From an uncultured Clostridia bacterium (lineage in GTDB: Bacteria; Bacillota; Clostridia; TANB77; CAG-508), in contig CAJUSU010000003.1 of assembly GCA_910589185.1 (NCBI GenBank), positions 8,847-72,846 of the forward strand: a DNA stretch of 64,000 bases. Reading direction: 5' to 3'. The position numbers and the translations under genes are program-made. A model generated the notes under the pieces. The model did no database searches. It was not told where the DNA came from and saw only the letters and a program-made list of their open reading frames with translations. Below, piece by piece: positions 17,860-28,180 of this stretch (position 1 is the first letter of the stretch; the number at the start of each line of letters is the position of its first letter).

Positions 17860-18624
17860 TTAACTCATCTGTTCTAAGACAGGGAACTCTCTTCTATACT
17901 TCTCTTGTTCTTCTAAGTCTAAATCAACATTCAATATTCCTTCTTCTTTATTTAGTGACTCTATAATAGTTCCATCATAAGAAATCACTTGTGTATTAGC
18001 ACATAATTTTTCTCCAGTTTGATTACAAGCGCAAAAATATACTTGATTTTCTATTGCTCTTGCTCTTGTTAATATATCCCAAGCATTCTTACCAGTATTT
18101 ACATTAAAATGCGCAGGAAGAAATATAATTTGTACTCCATTTTTTATTAATTCTCTAAAGTACTCTGGAAATCTCAAATCAAAGCATATGCCTATTCCTA
18201 TTTTTATATTATCCAATTCAACAATTCCTAATTTTTCACCTTGAATTGTGTCATCACTTTCATCTAGTTTAAAATCTGGTTTGTTTACTACATACATATA
18301 CTTTTTGTCATATCTGCCAACTATTTCTCCATTACGATTTATTGAAAAACATGTATTAGTAGTTTTATTGGAATTTTCTTTTTCTAGAGCTACACTTCCT
18401 AAAATAATATTTACATTATTCTCTTTCGCCAAAACTTGATATCTTTGTATTTCCTCTAGCTTTACTTTTCCATTTTCAAATTCTTTCCCCCATGAAAGGA
18501 AAAGTTCTGACAAGCAAATAATATCCGGCTTTTCTTTTACTGCTTGTTTTAATAAATCTAATGTTTTTTCTTCATTTTCAGTTTTAGTTCCATTTGACTC
18601 CATTTGAATTAAAGTAACTCGCAT
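17860..18624 (-). CDS. Carbon-nitrogen hydrolase (nitrilase superfamily)
   Basis: Catalytic-triad contexts CLSELF (Glu), YDKKYMY (Lys) and GIGICFDLRFPE (Cys). Confidence 0.85.
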   Translation of the reverse strand: MRVTLIQMESNGTKTENEEKTLDLLKQAVKEKPDIICLSELFLSWGKEFENGKVKLEEIQRYQVLAKENNVNIILGSVALEKENSNKTTNTCFSINRNGEIVGRYDKKYMYVVNKPDFKLDESDDTIQGEKLGIVELDNIKIGIGICFDLRFPEYFRELIKNGVQIIFLPAHFNVNTGKNAWDILTRARAIENQVYFCACNQTGEKLCANTQVISYDGTIIESLNKEEGILNVDLDLEEQEKYRREFPVLEQMS

Positions 18625-18641
18625 TGTAACTCCCCCTATTG

Positions 18642-19508
18642 CTACATAAATTGATTAGCTAATTGATCTATTGGAATACCTCCATTATCTTTCCAATCAA
18701 CTTTTATATTATCAAATTCCTCACTTCTAAAAGTATTTAATTTTTGATAGTCTTCTTTTTCCATTTCAAAGTCCAATGCTTGTTTATTTTCATTAATTCT
18801 ATGTATATTAGTTGTTTTTACTAGAGCTATCATTTTCTTTTCTTTTATTAACCAATTAAGTATAATTTGATTTTGAGTCTTTTGATACTTATTTGCTAAT
18901 TCAACTAATAGTGGATAATTTCTTAGTGCTGTTCGATTTCTTCTTAATGGTTGATAGCATAAAAATTTTATATCATTTTGATTGCAATATTCTATCACCT
19001 TTATATCCTCATATATTTTACATTCTAAATTGTAAATACCTTCAAAGAAATCTATTTTAACCTCTTTATTGACTGTTTCTAATTGCTCTAAACTTGCATT
19101 GCTAATTCCTATATATTTTACTTTTCCTATCTCTACCATTCTTTGTATTTCTTTATAGACATTTATTAAAGGAATTTTGGAAAATGAGGGCTTATGTAAT
19201 TGAAGCATATCAACATACTCAATATCAAGACTAGTTAGATATTCGTCTAACTGCTTTTCTACATCAGTTTCACACTCAATATTAGGTTCTAAATTTGCCG
19301 CAATAAATAATTTTTTTCTATCTACTCTTTCTATAAACTTTTTCAATTTTTTTACGACTTCTCCATTATTATATAGCATAGATAGAGATAAATAATTTTG
19401 CCCCAAATTATAAGAGTTGAGCAAGGCTTCTACTTCACTTTCTATATTTTCAGGATCTATTTTCCAAGTTCCTATACCTATTTCAAATATTTGATTTTTG
19501 TCTATCAT
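18642..19508 (-). CDS. Aldo/keto reductase
   Basis: Start chosen at ATG 19508, which has a GGAGG RBS 6 nt upstream (MIDKNQIFEIGIGTWKI). Also has AKR-like motifs IGISN and LHKP. Confidence 0.75.
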   Translation of the reverse strand: MIDKNQIFEIGIGTWKIDPENIESEVEALLNSYNLGQNYLSLSMLYNNGEVVKKLKKFIERVDRKKLFIAANLEPNIECETDVEKQLDEYLTSLDIEYVDMLQLHKPSFSKIPLINVYKEIQRMVEIGKVKYIGISNASLEQLETVNKEVKIDFFEGIYNLECKIYEDIKVIEYCNQNDIKFLCYQPLRRNRTALRNYPLLVELANKYQKTQNQIILNWLIKEKKMIALVKTTNIHRINENKQALDFEMEKEDYQKLNTFRSEEFDNIKVDWKDNGGIPIDQLANQFM

Positions 19509-19537
19509 AATATTCCTCCATTTCCTTTCTACTTTTA

Positions 19538-20089
19538 TCACTTTTCATACAACTTTCGATACATCTCATAATCATTCAGAATTCTTCTCACATACATATT
19601 AGTCTCTTTGTATGGTATATTTTCCAAGTCAGAACCATCTGCCTGAATAGTTCCTCTTTCTATCCAATTGTTTACATTTCCCATTCCTGCATTATAAGCA
19701 GCTAGCGCAATGCCCACTTGTTGGTTATACTTTTCTAATAACTGTGAAAAATAATAAGTGCCTAGCCTAATATTCGTCTCAGGGTCATATAAATCTACTT
19801 CTATTTGCTTAGACAATTCTATTGCCGTTTTATCCATTAGTTGCATGAGTCCCTTTGCACCATTATGTGATTTTGCTTGTGGGTTGAAATCACTTTCTGC
19901 TTTGATAATGGCATAAATCAATAATGGATCCACTTCACATTCTTCAGCATACCTTGTTACATATTCAGCATATTCTTGAGGATATGCGATTTTCATCATC
20001 CCATCTTCTAAGCCTAATAAATGAAATAAAACAAAATATAAGATAAAAATAACCATTAATAGTATCAATAATCTTTTTAATACTTTCAC
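19538..20089 (-). CDS. Lytic transglycosylase (SLT domain), membrane-anchored
   Basis: N-terminal TM segment and SLT motifs AIIKAESDFNPQAKSHNGAKGLMQL and AYNAG. Confidence 0.88.
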   Translation of the reverse strand: MKVLKRLLILLMVIFILYFVLFHLLGLEDGMMKIAYPQEYAEYVTRYAEECEVDPLLIYAIIKAESDFNPQAKSHNGAKGLMQLMDKTAIELSKQIEVDLYDPETNIRLGTYYFSQLLEKYNQQVGIALAAYNAGMGNVNNWIERGTIQADGSDLENIPYKETNMYVRRILNDYEMYRKLYEK

Positions 20090-20116
20090 TTGATTTTCTA
20101 AACTCTCCTTTGTCCC

Positions 20117-22849
20117 CTATTTTACCTCATACCAATTGTCTGCTTCTGAAACTTCTACTTCTAATGGAATATCTAATGTTACAGCTTGCTCCATAGAGTC
20201 CTTTAGAATTTGTTTTACTTGTTCTTTTTGTTCCTCTTTACATTCTATTAACAGCTCATCATGAATTTGCAAAATTAATTTGGCATTTAATTTTTCTTCT
20301 TTTAATCTATCAAAAACTTTTATCATAGCTATCTTCATAATATCTGCTGCTGTTCCTTGAATTGGCGTATTCATGGCTGCTCTTGTTCCAAATTGTCTTA
20401 CCATATAGTTATTAGAAGAAAGTTCTGTGATATATCTTCTACGATGATACAAGGTTTCTACAAATCCTTTTTCTTTTGCTTCTTCTACAATATCATTCAT
20501 GAAGGCTTTTACTCCCTCATATCTATTCAAATATTGCTCAATATAATTTTCTGCTTTTTTACGACTAATTCCTAATTGCTCTGCTAGTCCAAATCCACTA
20601 ATACCATAAACAATTCCAAAATTGACTGCCTTTGCTGCACTTCTTTGTTCTTTTGTCACTTCCTCTAATGGAACGTTAAATACTTTAGACGCAACCTGTC
20701 TATGAATATCCTCTTCATTTAAAAAGGCTTGTTTCATAGTTTCATCTTTTGAAATATGAGCCAAAATACGTAACTCAATTTGTGAATAATCTGCATCTAT
20801 AAAAACATTTCCCGGTTCTGCTTTAAAAGCCTTTCTAATTTGTTTTCCTTGTTCTGCCCTCGTTGGGATGTTTTGTAAATTTGGCTCTGTTGAGCTAATT
20901 CTTCCTGTAGCTGTAATCGTCTGGTGGAAGTATGAGTGTATTCTGTGTGTTTGTGGGTTAACGTATGGTAATAGCCCTTCTACATAAGTAGAATTCAATT
21001 TTACAAGGCTACGGTATTCTAATAATTTTTCAATAATCGGATGTTCTGGACGTAATTTTTCTAAGACGTCACCATCTGTCGAATATCCCTTTTTCGTTTT
21101 CTTGTATACTGGTAATTTCAGTTTTTCAAATAAGATATTCCCCAATTGTTGTGTAGAATTAATATTAAATTCTTCTCCACTTAATTGGTATATGTCTTGT
21201 TTTAAAGTCTCTATTTCTTCTTTTAATTTATCTCCAAAACTAATTAATTCTTTTTTATCCAAATAAATCCCGTCATATTGCATATTGGCTAGAACTTTCA
21301 TTAATGGCATTTCAATGTTTTGAAATAACTCTGTTGCATTTGTTTCTTCTAATTTTGGTATCATAACTTCTTGTAACTTCGCAATAACATACACATACAT
21401 TGCATTTTGATATCTGTCAAAATCTAAACTCTTATCTGTTTCTTGTGTAAATAGAGTCATTTGTTTTTCTTGTTCTTGTTTCATTCCCATTGCTTCTAAA
21501 TAACTAGTAATCTCTATTTTCAAATATTGCTGACTTAGTTCTTCTAAAGTATAATGACTAATACTAGAATTCAAAAGATACCCTGCAATTTCGGCGTCAA
21601 AATAAATTCCATTTAAATCAATTCCTAGCCCTCTCCATAAAACAATATCTTCTTTCATACGATAGCTATATTTTTTTATGCTACTGTCTTCTAAAATTTC
21701 CTTGAAATTTTGAACGAATAAATCTGTATTATTGATTGGAGTTTCATAAACGTTTTCCTCAGCAATCACATATAGCGTAACCATCTTTTTAGGAATTACG
21801 CCCAATGTTTGTTGCACTTCTGCTTTTTCTTTTTGTAAGAAATAGATTAATTTTCCTTCTTGTTTAATGGCATTTGCTAATTCTTGTAGCTTTGTTGTGT
21901 CTTCTAAGCTAATAGTTTCTATACTAAATAATTCATGGATATCTTGAGGCATTTCTGGTTTTCCTTGTAGTCCAAAACGTTCAATAAAACGATTGAAATT
22001 TAATTCTTTAAATTTAGCATATACTTCTTCTTCGTTCCATTCTTGTCTTTTAAAATCTTCTACTTTTTCTTCAATTGGAACCTGAACATTAATCGTTCCT
22101 AAGGTTCTAGAAAGTTCTGCCAATTCTCTATTAGCAACCAACTTTTCCTTTGTTTTTGGCTTTAAGTCTGCCTTATCTCTTTCTATTTCTAAATAAAGAT
22201 TGGCAATAGAATGATATTTCTGAATAAGTTCTAGTGCAGTCTTTTCTCCAATTCCTGGAACACCCGGAATATTATCAGAAGTATCACCTTGTAAGCCTTT
22301 TACTTCTATTAATTGTTTTGGCATAATACCATACTTTTCCCAAATAGCATCTTCGTCAAAAACATCTACTTCTGTTTTCCCCATTTTTGTATGTGGAATA
22401 CGTACTTTAATATGATTAGAAGTTAATTGGAAAGTATCTCTATCTCCTGAAACAATGGTAACATCTAACCTTTTTCTTTCAGCCTTTTTAGCTATTGTTC
22501 CTAAAATATCATCTGCCTCATAACCTTCCATCTCAACAATAGTAATATTCATAGCCCTTAAAATATCTTTTAGCATTGGCATTTGTTCAGCAAGTTCATT
22601 AGGCATTCCTTTACGGTTCGCCTTATATCCTTCATACATCTTGTGCCTTGCTGTTGGAGCCTTCAGATCAAAGGCAACCATAAGATATTCAGGTTTAATA
22701 TCATCTAATACTTTAAATAGAATAGCTAAAAAACCATAAATAGCATTGGTATATTTGCCATCTGGTGTCATTAACATTTTAGAACCCATGATTCCATAAA
22801 AGGCTCTGTTTAAAATACTGTTTCCATCAACTAAGACTATTTTTTCCAT
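20117..22849 (-). CDS. polA: DNA polymerase I
   Basis: Start at ATG 22849 with an AAGGAGG RBS. It has a 5'-nuclease N-terminus (LVDGNSILNRAFY) and the pol motifs DYSQIELRILAH, QVHDE-like LQIHDELL and RSAAKAVNFGIVYG. Confidence 0.95.
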   Translation of the reverse strand: MEKIVLVDGNSILNRAFYGIMGSKMLMTPDGKYTNAIYGFLAILFKVLDDIKPEYLMVAFDLKAPTARHKMYEGYKANRKGMPNELAEQMPMLKDILRAMNITIVEMEGYEADDILGTIAKKAERKRLDVTIVSGDRDTFQLTSNHIKVRIPHTKMGKTEVDVFDEDAIWEKYGIMPKQLIEVKGLQGDTSDNIPGVPGIGEKTALELIQKYHSIANLYLEIERDKADLKPKTKEKLVANRELAELSRTLGTINVQVPIEEKVEDFKRQEWNEEEVYAKFKELNFNRFIERFGLQGKPEMPQDIHELFSIETISLEDTTKLQELANAIKQEGKLIYFLQKEKAEVQQTLGVIPKKMVTLYVIAEENVYETPINNTDLFVQNFKEILEDSSIKKYSYRMKEDIVLWRGLGIDLNGIYFDAEIAGYLLNSSISHYTLEELSQQYLKIEITSYLEAMGMKQEQEKQMTLFTQETDKSLDFDRYQNAMYVYVIAKLQEVMIPKLEETNATELFQNIEMPLMKVLANMQYDGIYLDKKELISFGDKLKEEIETLKQDIYQLSGEEFNINSTQQLGNILFEKLKLPVYKKTKKGYSTDGDVLEKLRPEHPIIEKLLEYRSLVKLNSTYVEGLLPYVNPQTHRIHSYFHQTITATGRISSTEPNLQNIPTRAEQGKQIRKAFKAEPGNVFIDADYSQIELRILAHISKDETMKQAFLNEEDIHRQVASKVFNVPLEEVTKEQRSAAKAVNFGIVYGISGFGLAEQLGISRKKAENYIEQYLNRYEGVKAFMNDIVEEAKEKGFVETLYHRRRYITELSSNNYMVRQFGTRAAMNTPIQGTAADIMKIAMIKVFDRLKEEKLNAKLILQIHDELLIECKEEQKEQVKQILKDSMEQAVTLDIPLEVEVSEADNWYEVK

Positions 22850-22884
22850 TGTTTCCTCCTTCAAGGTGTGTCCCTAATCTAACA

Positions 22885-24378
22885 TTAGTGCATATAAGTA
22901 GTTATGTATAAAGTATCTCCCATACACAAATATTCCTTATTCTGTTCTAAGTATTCTTGTTTCTCTATTTCTGTTGGTTCATACATGTTCAATTTACTAT
23001 TGGTATAATAATTATAACATCCTGCTGCTGACCATTGTGTCTTTATTCCACTAGACATCATAATGTTTCCATAACATCTCAATTGGGGATAAAATGATTT
23101 CGTAGTTTTCCCATCTTTAACAACAATTGCAATTTTGGTTACATCAACTTTTTTCTCCTCTTCATATTGTAGCACATCTTTTTGCATAACCATTACTTCT
23201 TCTTTTACTAATTCATTTAGTTTATTATGATCTATGACAGCTGTAATATAATGAAGAGAATTCATTAGTCCATATATCAATAAACCTACTATTAGTAAAG
23301 TATTTATCCATTCTCTTTTCTCTGTCAAATTAGTCTTCACCCATAAATGAATCCATAAAAAGCCTATTAAAGCACCTATTGAAAAACGAGCTCTCCCCGC
23401 CCAAAATCCGGAAGTATTAAGCACTGAAACAATAAAACCTGCTGCTATTCCAACACTAATAATGGCAAATTGTTCTAAAATGATATTTACATTTTTGTTT
23501 TCTTGCTTTTCCTTATTTTGTTTTACTACCTTAACTATCATTATCAGCTCTGTTATCCCTAATGTGATAAGAAAACTATATTGTGGAATTAGATATCCCG
23601 TATTTTTTAATACTATAAATATCTTGGAAAAATTATATGTAATATTATTCCCAATAGTAGTTAAATTAATATCCCTTCCTTGTTGCAGCTCTAAAACTCT
23701 CTCTACTATTTTGATAGATAATTGATTTACTAAAATTCCCGCTAGCGCTATTAACATTCCATGGAAAAAGTCTTTTACTATTTGCTTGGCTGAATTTCCT
23801 TTGCAAATTGAGAATACTAAAAGTGATAGTACAAACATAGAAATAGTACCTTGATAACATATAAGGCCTATACAAAGTTGTATAAACATTTTTTGCATCC
23901 AAAATCTATCTTTTTCTACAATTTGTCTAGCTGCTAAAATGTATAATGATAAACTTAAAGACATTGCACCACATTCAATAAAATGTAGATTTTCAATATA
24001 TAGAAAATGAAAAATAGTATAGTAACTAGCAACAATTAGAACTATCTCTCCCAAAATAGTCTTAGGCTTTTTCCACTTTTCAATAATATTCTTTAATATC
24101 ATAACGGAAATGCAGGATAGAAGTAATGCTATTTCCAAAATGATACTAGTATAAACTCCAATAGGAATATCAAGAATGTCCATCAAAGTTGTTCCTAAAG
24201 CTACTATAAATCTTCCATCCAAAAGAGAGAAGTTCTTGTTATATTCTTGATAGCCAATATTAGAAATATTATAAGAATCAGTAGACATGTGACCATTGAT
24301 TAGCCATGGCAGAAAAATAAAATTTGTCATTAAAAATAGTATCACAAAAATAAGAATATTTTTCTTTTTACTATTCAT
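22885..24378 (-). CDS. Polytopic membrane protein, possibly a GtrII-like glucosyltransferase
   Basis: At least 10 hydrophobic segments. Family assignment rests only on N-terminal resemblance (weak, from memory). Confidence 0.4.
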   Translation of the reverse strand: MNSKKKNILIFVILFLMTNFIFLPWLINGHMSTDSYNISNIGYQEYNKNFSLLDGRFIVALGTTLMDILDIPIGVYTSIILEIALLLSCISVMILKNIIEKWKKPKTILGEIVLIVASYYTIFHFLYIENLHFIECGAMSLSLSLYILAARQIVEKDRFWMQKMFIQLCIGLICYQGTISMFVLSLLVFSICKGNSAKQIVKDFFHGMLIALAGILVNQLSIKIVERVLELQQGRDINLTTIGNNITYNFSKIFIVLKNTGYLIPQYSFLITLGITELIMIVKVVKQNKEKQENKNVNIILEQFAIISVGIAAGFIVSVLNTSGFWAGRARFSIGALIGFLWIHLWVKTNLTEKREWINTLLIVGLLIYGLMNSLHYITAVIDHNKLNELVKEEVMVMQKDVLQYEEEKKVDVTKIAIVVKDGKTTKSFYPQLRCYGNIMMSSGIKTQWSAAGCYNYYTNSKLNMYEPTEIEKQEYLEQNKEYLCMGDTLYITTYMH

Positions 24379-25204
24379 AAATTCCTATTCCTCGCATGTA
24401 ATTAATATATCCTTGATCTATATTAATCCATTCTGTGACTTTATCTTCTAACTTTTTCTCGTCAAGTTTCGTTTGAGCATATTTCTCATAATTATTAATA
24501 ATTTCTTGTTTAAAGTTTTTAGGGCAATTTCTGCTAAGTATTCTAGCTACATCATCATAAATGTTTCCATAACCGGCAAAGCCAAAGTCAATAATGGCTG
24601 TTACTTTGTTGTTTTCATCTAATAGCACATTGCTTAAGTTTAAATCTCCATGTACTAAGCATTTTGGTGTCTCAACTGTATCTGAGAACTTCCAAAACTC
24701 TCTGTCTTCTTGACTTACATGTTTAATTAATAACTCATCTAAAAACTCTGATAAATTTAGTCCAATATCATTAATTGTAAAAATCTTTTCATTTTGAAAA
24801 TTCACTTGATGAAGTTCAGCCATAAACTTTGCAATGTCTGCTGATACTTGTGCAATTTCTTCTTCTGATAAAGTTTCAATTTTTTCTGCAAGAGGAGTTC
24901 CTGCAATCTTTTTATGCACACTAAAAGGTCTACCTTCATCTCTTTTTAATTCTAATTGGCAAGTATTAAAAGAAGTCTTTTGATAAATATACCCTGCGAA
25001 TTCGCTATCTTTTACAATGGTTCTAGACCAGAATTCATCACGTGGGAAGCGGAAGAAATAGTTTCCTTCATTGGTTGCTACTTCATATACAATATTCGTC
25101 CAACCAGTTGTAATTAAGTTCATTAATTTTACTTCTTTTCCTGCTAATGCCTTCTTAATAATCGGCTCAAAATTTTCATCTATTTTAAAATATACTTCGC
25201 TCAT
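24371..25204 (-). CDS. Phosphotransferase-family (APH-like) kinase
   Basis: Catalytic loop LVHGDLNLSNVLLD and DFG-like IDFGFAG. Confidence 0.8.
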   Translation of the reverse strand: MSEVYFKIDENFEPIIKKALAGKEVKLMNLITTGWTNIVYEVATNEGNYFFRFPRDEFWSRTIVKDSEFAGYIYQKTSFNTCQLELKRDEGRPFSVHKKIAGTPLAEKIETLSEEEIAQVSADIAKFMAELHQVNFQNEKIFTINDIGLNLSEFLDELLIKHVSQEDREFWKFSDTVETPKCLVHGDLNLSNVLLDENNKVTAIIDFGFAGYGNIYDDVARILSRNCPKNFKQEIINNYEKYAQTKLDEKKLEDKVTEWINIDQGYINYMRGIGIYE

Positions 25205-25221
25205 TATTTTTTCCTTTCTGT

Positions 25222-26487
25222 CTATATTGTCTTTTCTGAATAAGCTGGTACTACTACCATATCTTTATCATACATTTGTACTATCTTCCTATACCTTTCA
25301 TGTACTTTTTGATACCCCGGCAAATAGTTTGCTATGTCTTTATGGCTAAATGGTATCACCCTAAAATTACTCCATGTAGCTTGATTATAGTAGGTATAGA
25401 TGAATTCATTTTCTACATTATCTATTTTTATGCTACTTTTCCCATCTTTTGTTGTTTTCGTAATTCTTAAAGAGCTCATCAAGCCCACTGTTTTGTTATA
25501 GTTCTCATCTTGATATTGTGCTGATATGAAGTTCCCTAATGAATAAAATACTAAAGTATCATCTATCCATTCTACTGGTTCTAGCACATGTGGATGTGTT
25601 CCAATTACCAAGTCTACACCTTGTTCCGCTAAAAATTTCGCTTCATCTTTTTGATATGCAGATGGCTCGCTCGTATATTCTATTCCACAATGCATTGCTA
25701 CAATTAACACATCTACTTTATCTCTTACTCTCTTAATATCTTCTTTTACTTTTTCTTTGTATGTCTGATATTTTGTATCTCTTTTTGGATCATTAATCGA
25801 TAAATCTGTTGGCCATACATTTACTAAATATTCTTTTCCAGTTGGTACTGGTATTCCATTTGTACCATAAGTGTAATTTAGCATAGTATAAGTAATTCCA
25901 TTGATTTCTCGAATTTGCACTTCATCTCTTTGCTCAAAAGATTTGTAACTTCCCACAGCCAATACATCTTTTTGTTTATCCCAATAAGCCCTTGAATTTA
26001 AAATCGCCTGTTCTCCTCTATCCATAGTATGATTGCTTGCAGTGCTGACTAAATTAAATCCCGCATCTAGCATGTTACCACCTGCTTCGTAAGGTGAGTT
26101 GAAACATGGGTAGTCAGATAAGCCCATTTTACTTCCGCCTAAAATAGTTTCTTGATTGTAATAAGCTATGTCGTAGTTCTTGACTTTTTCTTTTATCAGT
26201 CTAAGCATTGGTTTGAAGTCATATCCCTTATTGTCTGCATTTCTATGTGCTTCTTCGTAAATACTACTGTGTACTAAATTATCTCCTACCATAATAAGGG
26301 AAGCACTTGTTGTCTCTTCTTTTGGCTTTTCTAGTTCTATTTTATTTTCCTGTTTATCACTTGCTGCTCCTATGGTTTCTTTTGTGTTAGGATACATTTT
26401 TAAAATTACTAAAGCAATAACTGCTATTAGTAAAATAAATGCTGCAATGATTACTACTTTCTTTCCTGTATTTCTTTCTTGTTTCAT
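25222..26487 (-). CDS. CapA-family (PGA_cap) metallophosphatase-like envelope protein
   Basis: N-terminal TM segment, then MVGDNLVH, ASNHTMD and IGTHPHVLEP. Confidence 0.8.
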   Translation of the reverse strand: MKQERNTGKKVVIIAAFILLIAVIALVILKMYPNTKETIGAASDKQENKIELEKPKEETTSASLIMVGDNLVHSSIYEEAHRNADNKGYDFKPMLRLIKEKVKNYDIAYYNQETILGGSKMGLSDYPCFNSPYEAGGNMLDAGFNLVSTASNHTMDRGEQAILNSRAYWDKQKDVLAVGSYKSFEQRDEVQIREINGITYTMLNYTYGTNGIPVPTGKEYLVNVWPTDLSINDPKRDTKYQTYKEKVKEDIKRVRDKVDVLIVAMHCGIEYTSEPSAYQKDEAKFLAEQGVDLVIGTHPHVLEPVEWIDDTLVFYSLGNFISAQYQDENYNKTVGLMSSLRITKTTKDGKSSIKIDNVENEFIYTYYNQATWSNFRVIPFSHKDIANYLPGYQKVHERYRKIVQMYDKDMVVVPAYSEKTI

Positions 26488-26576
26488 TTTTTCTACTCCT
26501 ATGTTCCCCTACTATATCATACTTTTCTATTATTTTCTTGAATTTAAGAAATTTCCTCTTTATTTTTAAGAAAATA

Positions 26577-27140
26577 TCAAGAATCGCATTTGTCCTTTTC
26601 AATCTGCTTCCTATATCTATCTTCCTCTGAAAAAATACAACCGCAATATTTTTGCATATATAGTCCTAGTTCTCTTGCTTTTGCCTGTCCATCACGAAAG
26701 CCTACTCTAAAATCACGATATAAAAAACTAAGTCCATATTTTTTAGCGACTTCTTCCGCTATTTTTCTCAACTCTTCATGCTTTTGGTAAGGACTTACTA
26801 ATAATGTAGTAGTTATCGTATCATATCCATTTTCCTTTGCATATTTTGCTGTTTGTTCTAGTCTTACACAATAGCAATAATCTGTACATCTTGTTTCTAA
26901 TGAATTTACTACATTTTTGCAAAAATTATCTAATCCATAATCTTCTTCAAAGATTGCTTGTATATTGATACTTTGTGTATATTCCTTTAAGCAGTCCCTT
27001 CTTGCTTTATATTCCATATATGGATGAATATTTGGATTATACCAATAAATCGTTGGCTCTATTCCCTCTGCTCTTAAACTATCTATACAATATACACTGC
27101 ATGGTGCACAACAGGTGTGCATTAAAACTTTATTCTTCAT
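26577..27140 (-). CDS. queH: Epoxyqueuosine reductase QueH (DUF208)
   Basis: Motifs [17 protein letters not shown] and YCGCIFS; overlaps the ruvB stop. Confidence 0.88.
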   Translation of the reverse strand: MKNKVLMHTCCAPCSVYCIDSLRAEGIEPTIYWYNPNIHPYMEYKARRDCLKEYTQSINIQAIFEEDYGLDNFCKNVVNSLETRCTDYCYCVRLEQTAKYAKENGYDTITTTLLVSPYQKHEELRKIAEEVAKKYGLSFLYRDFRVGFRDGQAKARELGLYMQKYCGCIFSEEDRYRKQIEKDKCDS

Positions 27141-28134
27141 ACGTCACTCCTATATGGCTATATGCTGCTGGCATGGCAATTCTTCCTCTAGCAGTTCTAG
27201 CCAAAAATCCAATTTGTATTAAGTATGGTTCATACATATCTTCTACTGTTTCAGCGTCTTCACCAATTGTTGTTGCAACTGTTTCAATACTAATTGGCCT
27301 TCCGTTGTATTTAATAATCATAGTTTCTAATATTTTTCTATCGATGTCATCTAATCCCATTTCGTCAATTTCTAGTTTGTTTAGTGCAGTTTTTGCGATT
27401 TTTAAAGTAATGTTTCCATCACCTAAAACTGCTGCATAGTCTCTAACTCTTTTTAATAATCTATTTGCAATTCTAGGGGTTCCTCTAGAACGTCTTGCGA
27501 TTTCCGCTGCTGATTCATCATCAATTTCTACTTCTAGAATTTTAGCTGACCTTTTAACTATTGTCGTTAAATCTTTTGTCTGATATAATTCTAAATGATG
27601 TACTATTCCAAATCTATCTCTTAATGGTGTGGCTAATGCTCCTGCTCTAGTAGTCGCACCAATTAATGTAAATTTCGGTAAGTCTAAACGAATAGACCTA
27701 GCACTAGGTCCTTTACCTATCATAATATCTAAAGTGTAATCTTCTAATGCTGGATACAATATTTCTTCTACACTTTTGTTTAAACGATGTATCTCATCAA
27801 TAAATAGCACATCAAATTCAGATAAGTTAGTCAGTAATGCTGCCAAATCTCCTGGCTTTTCAATGGCTGGACCTGATGTGATTTTAATGTTAGAATTCAT
27901 TTCATTAGAAATAATATTGGCAAGAGTAGTTTTTCCAAGCCCTGGAGGTCCATATAGTAAAACGTGATCAAGAGGCTCACCTCTTTTTTTGGCAGCCTCA
28001 ATATAAATTTTCATATTTTCTTTTACTTTATCTTGTCCAATGTATTCCTCTAGAGTTTTAGGTCTTAAAGTGTTTTCTATTCTCTCTTCTTGAATATCCT
28101 CTAATTCTGGACTAATTAGTCTTTCTTCTTCCAT
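27130..28134 (-). CDS. ruvB: Holliday junction branch migration helicase RuvB
   Basis: Motifs [12 protein letters not shown], Walker [10 protein letters not shown], Walker [10 protein letters not shown] and [15 protein letters not shown]. Confidence 0.96.
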   Translation of the reverse strand: MEEERLISPELEDIQEERIENTLRPKTLEEYIGQDKVKENMKIYIEAAKKRGEPLDHVLLYGPPGLGKTTLANIISNEMNSNIKITSGPAIEKPGDLAALLTNLSEFDVLFIDEIHRLNKSVEEILYPALEDYTLDIMIGKGPSARSIRLDLPKFTLIGATTRAGALATPLRDRFGIVHHLELYQTKDLTTIVKRSAKILEVEIDDESAAEIARRSRGTPRIANRLLKRVRDYAAVLGDGNITLKIAKTALNKLEIDEMGLDDIDRKILETMIIKYNGRPISIETVATTIGEDAETVEDMYEPYLIQIGFLARTARGRIAMPAAYSHIGVTYEE

Positions 28135-28180
28135 TCTTTTGCCTTCCTTTAATTAGTATTTTCTCTTACTATTAATATAT

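Noticed and set aside
26387-26602. A 71-aa minus-strand ORF bridging the capA start and the queH end. Also the 64-aa ORF at 58126-58320 and the 78-aa ORF at 23666-23902.
   Set aside because: They overlap better-supported genes in other frames, are K/N-rich or low-complexity, and have no RBS.
26975-27439. A 154-aa plus-strand ORF spanning the queH/ruvB junction.
   Set aside because: It is antisense to two well-supported genes and has no motif or RBS.
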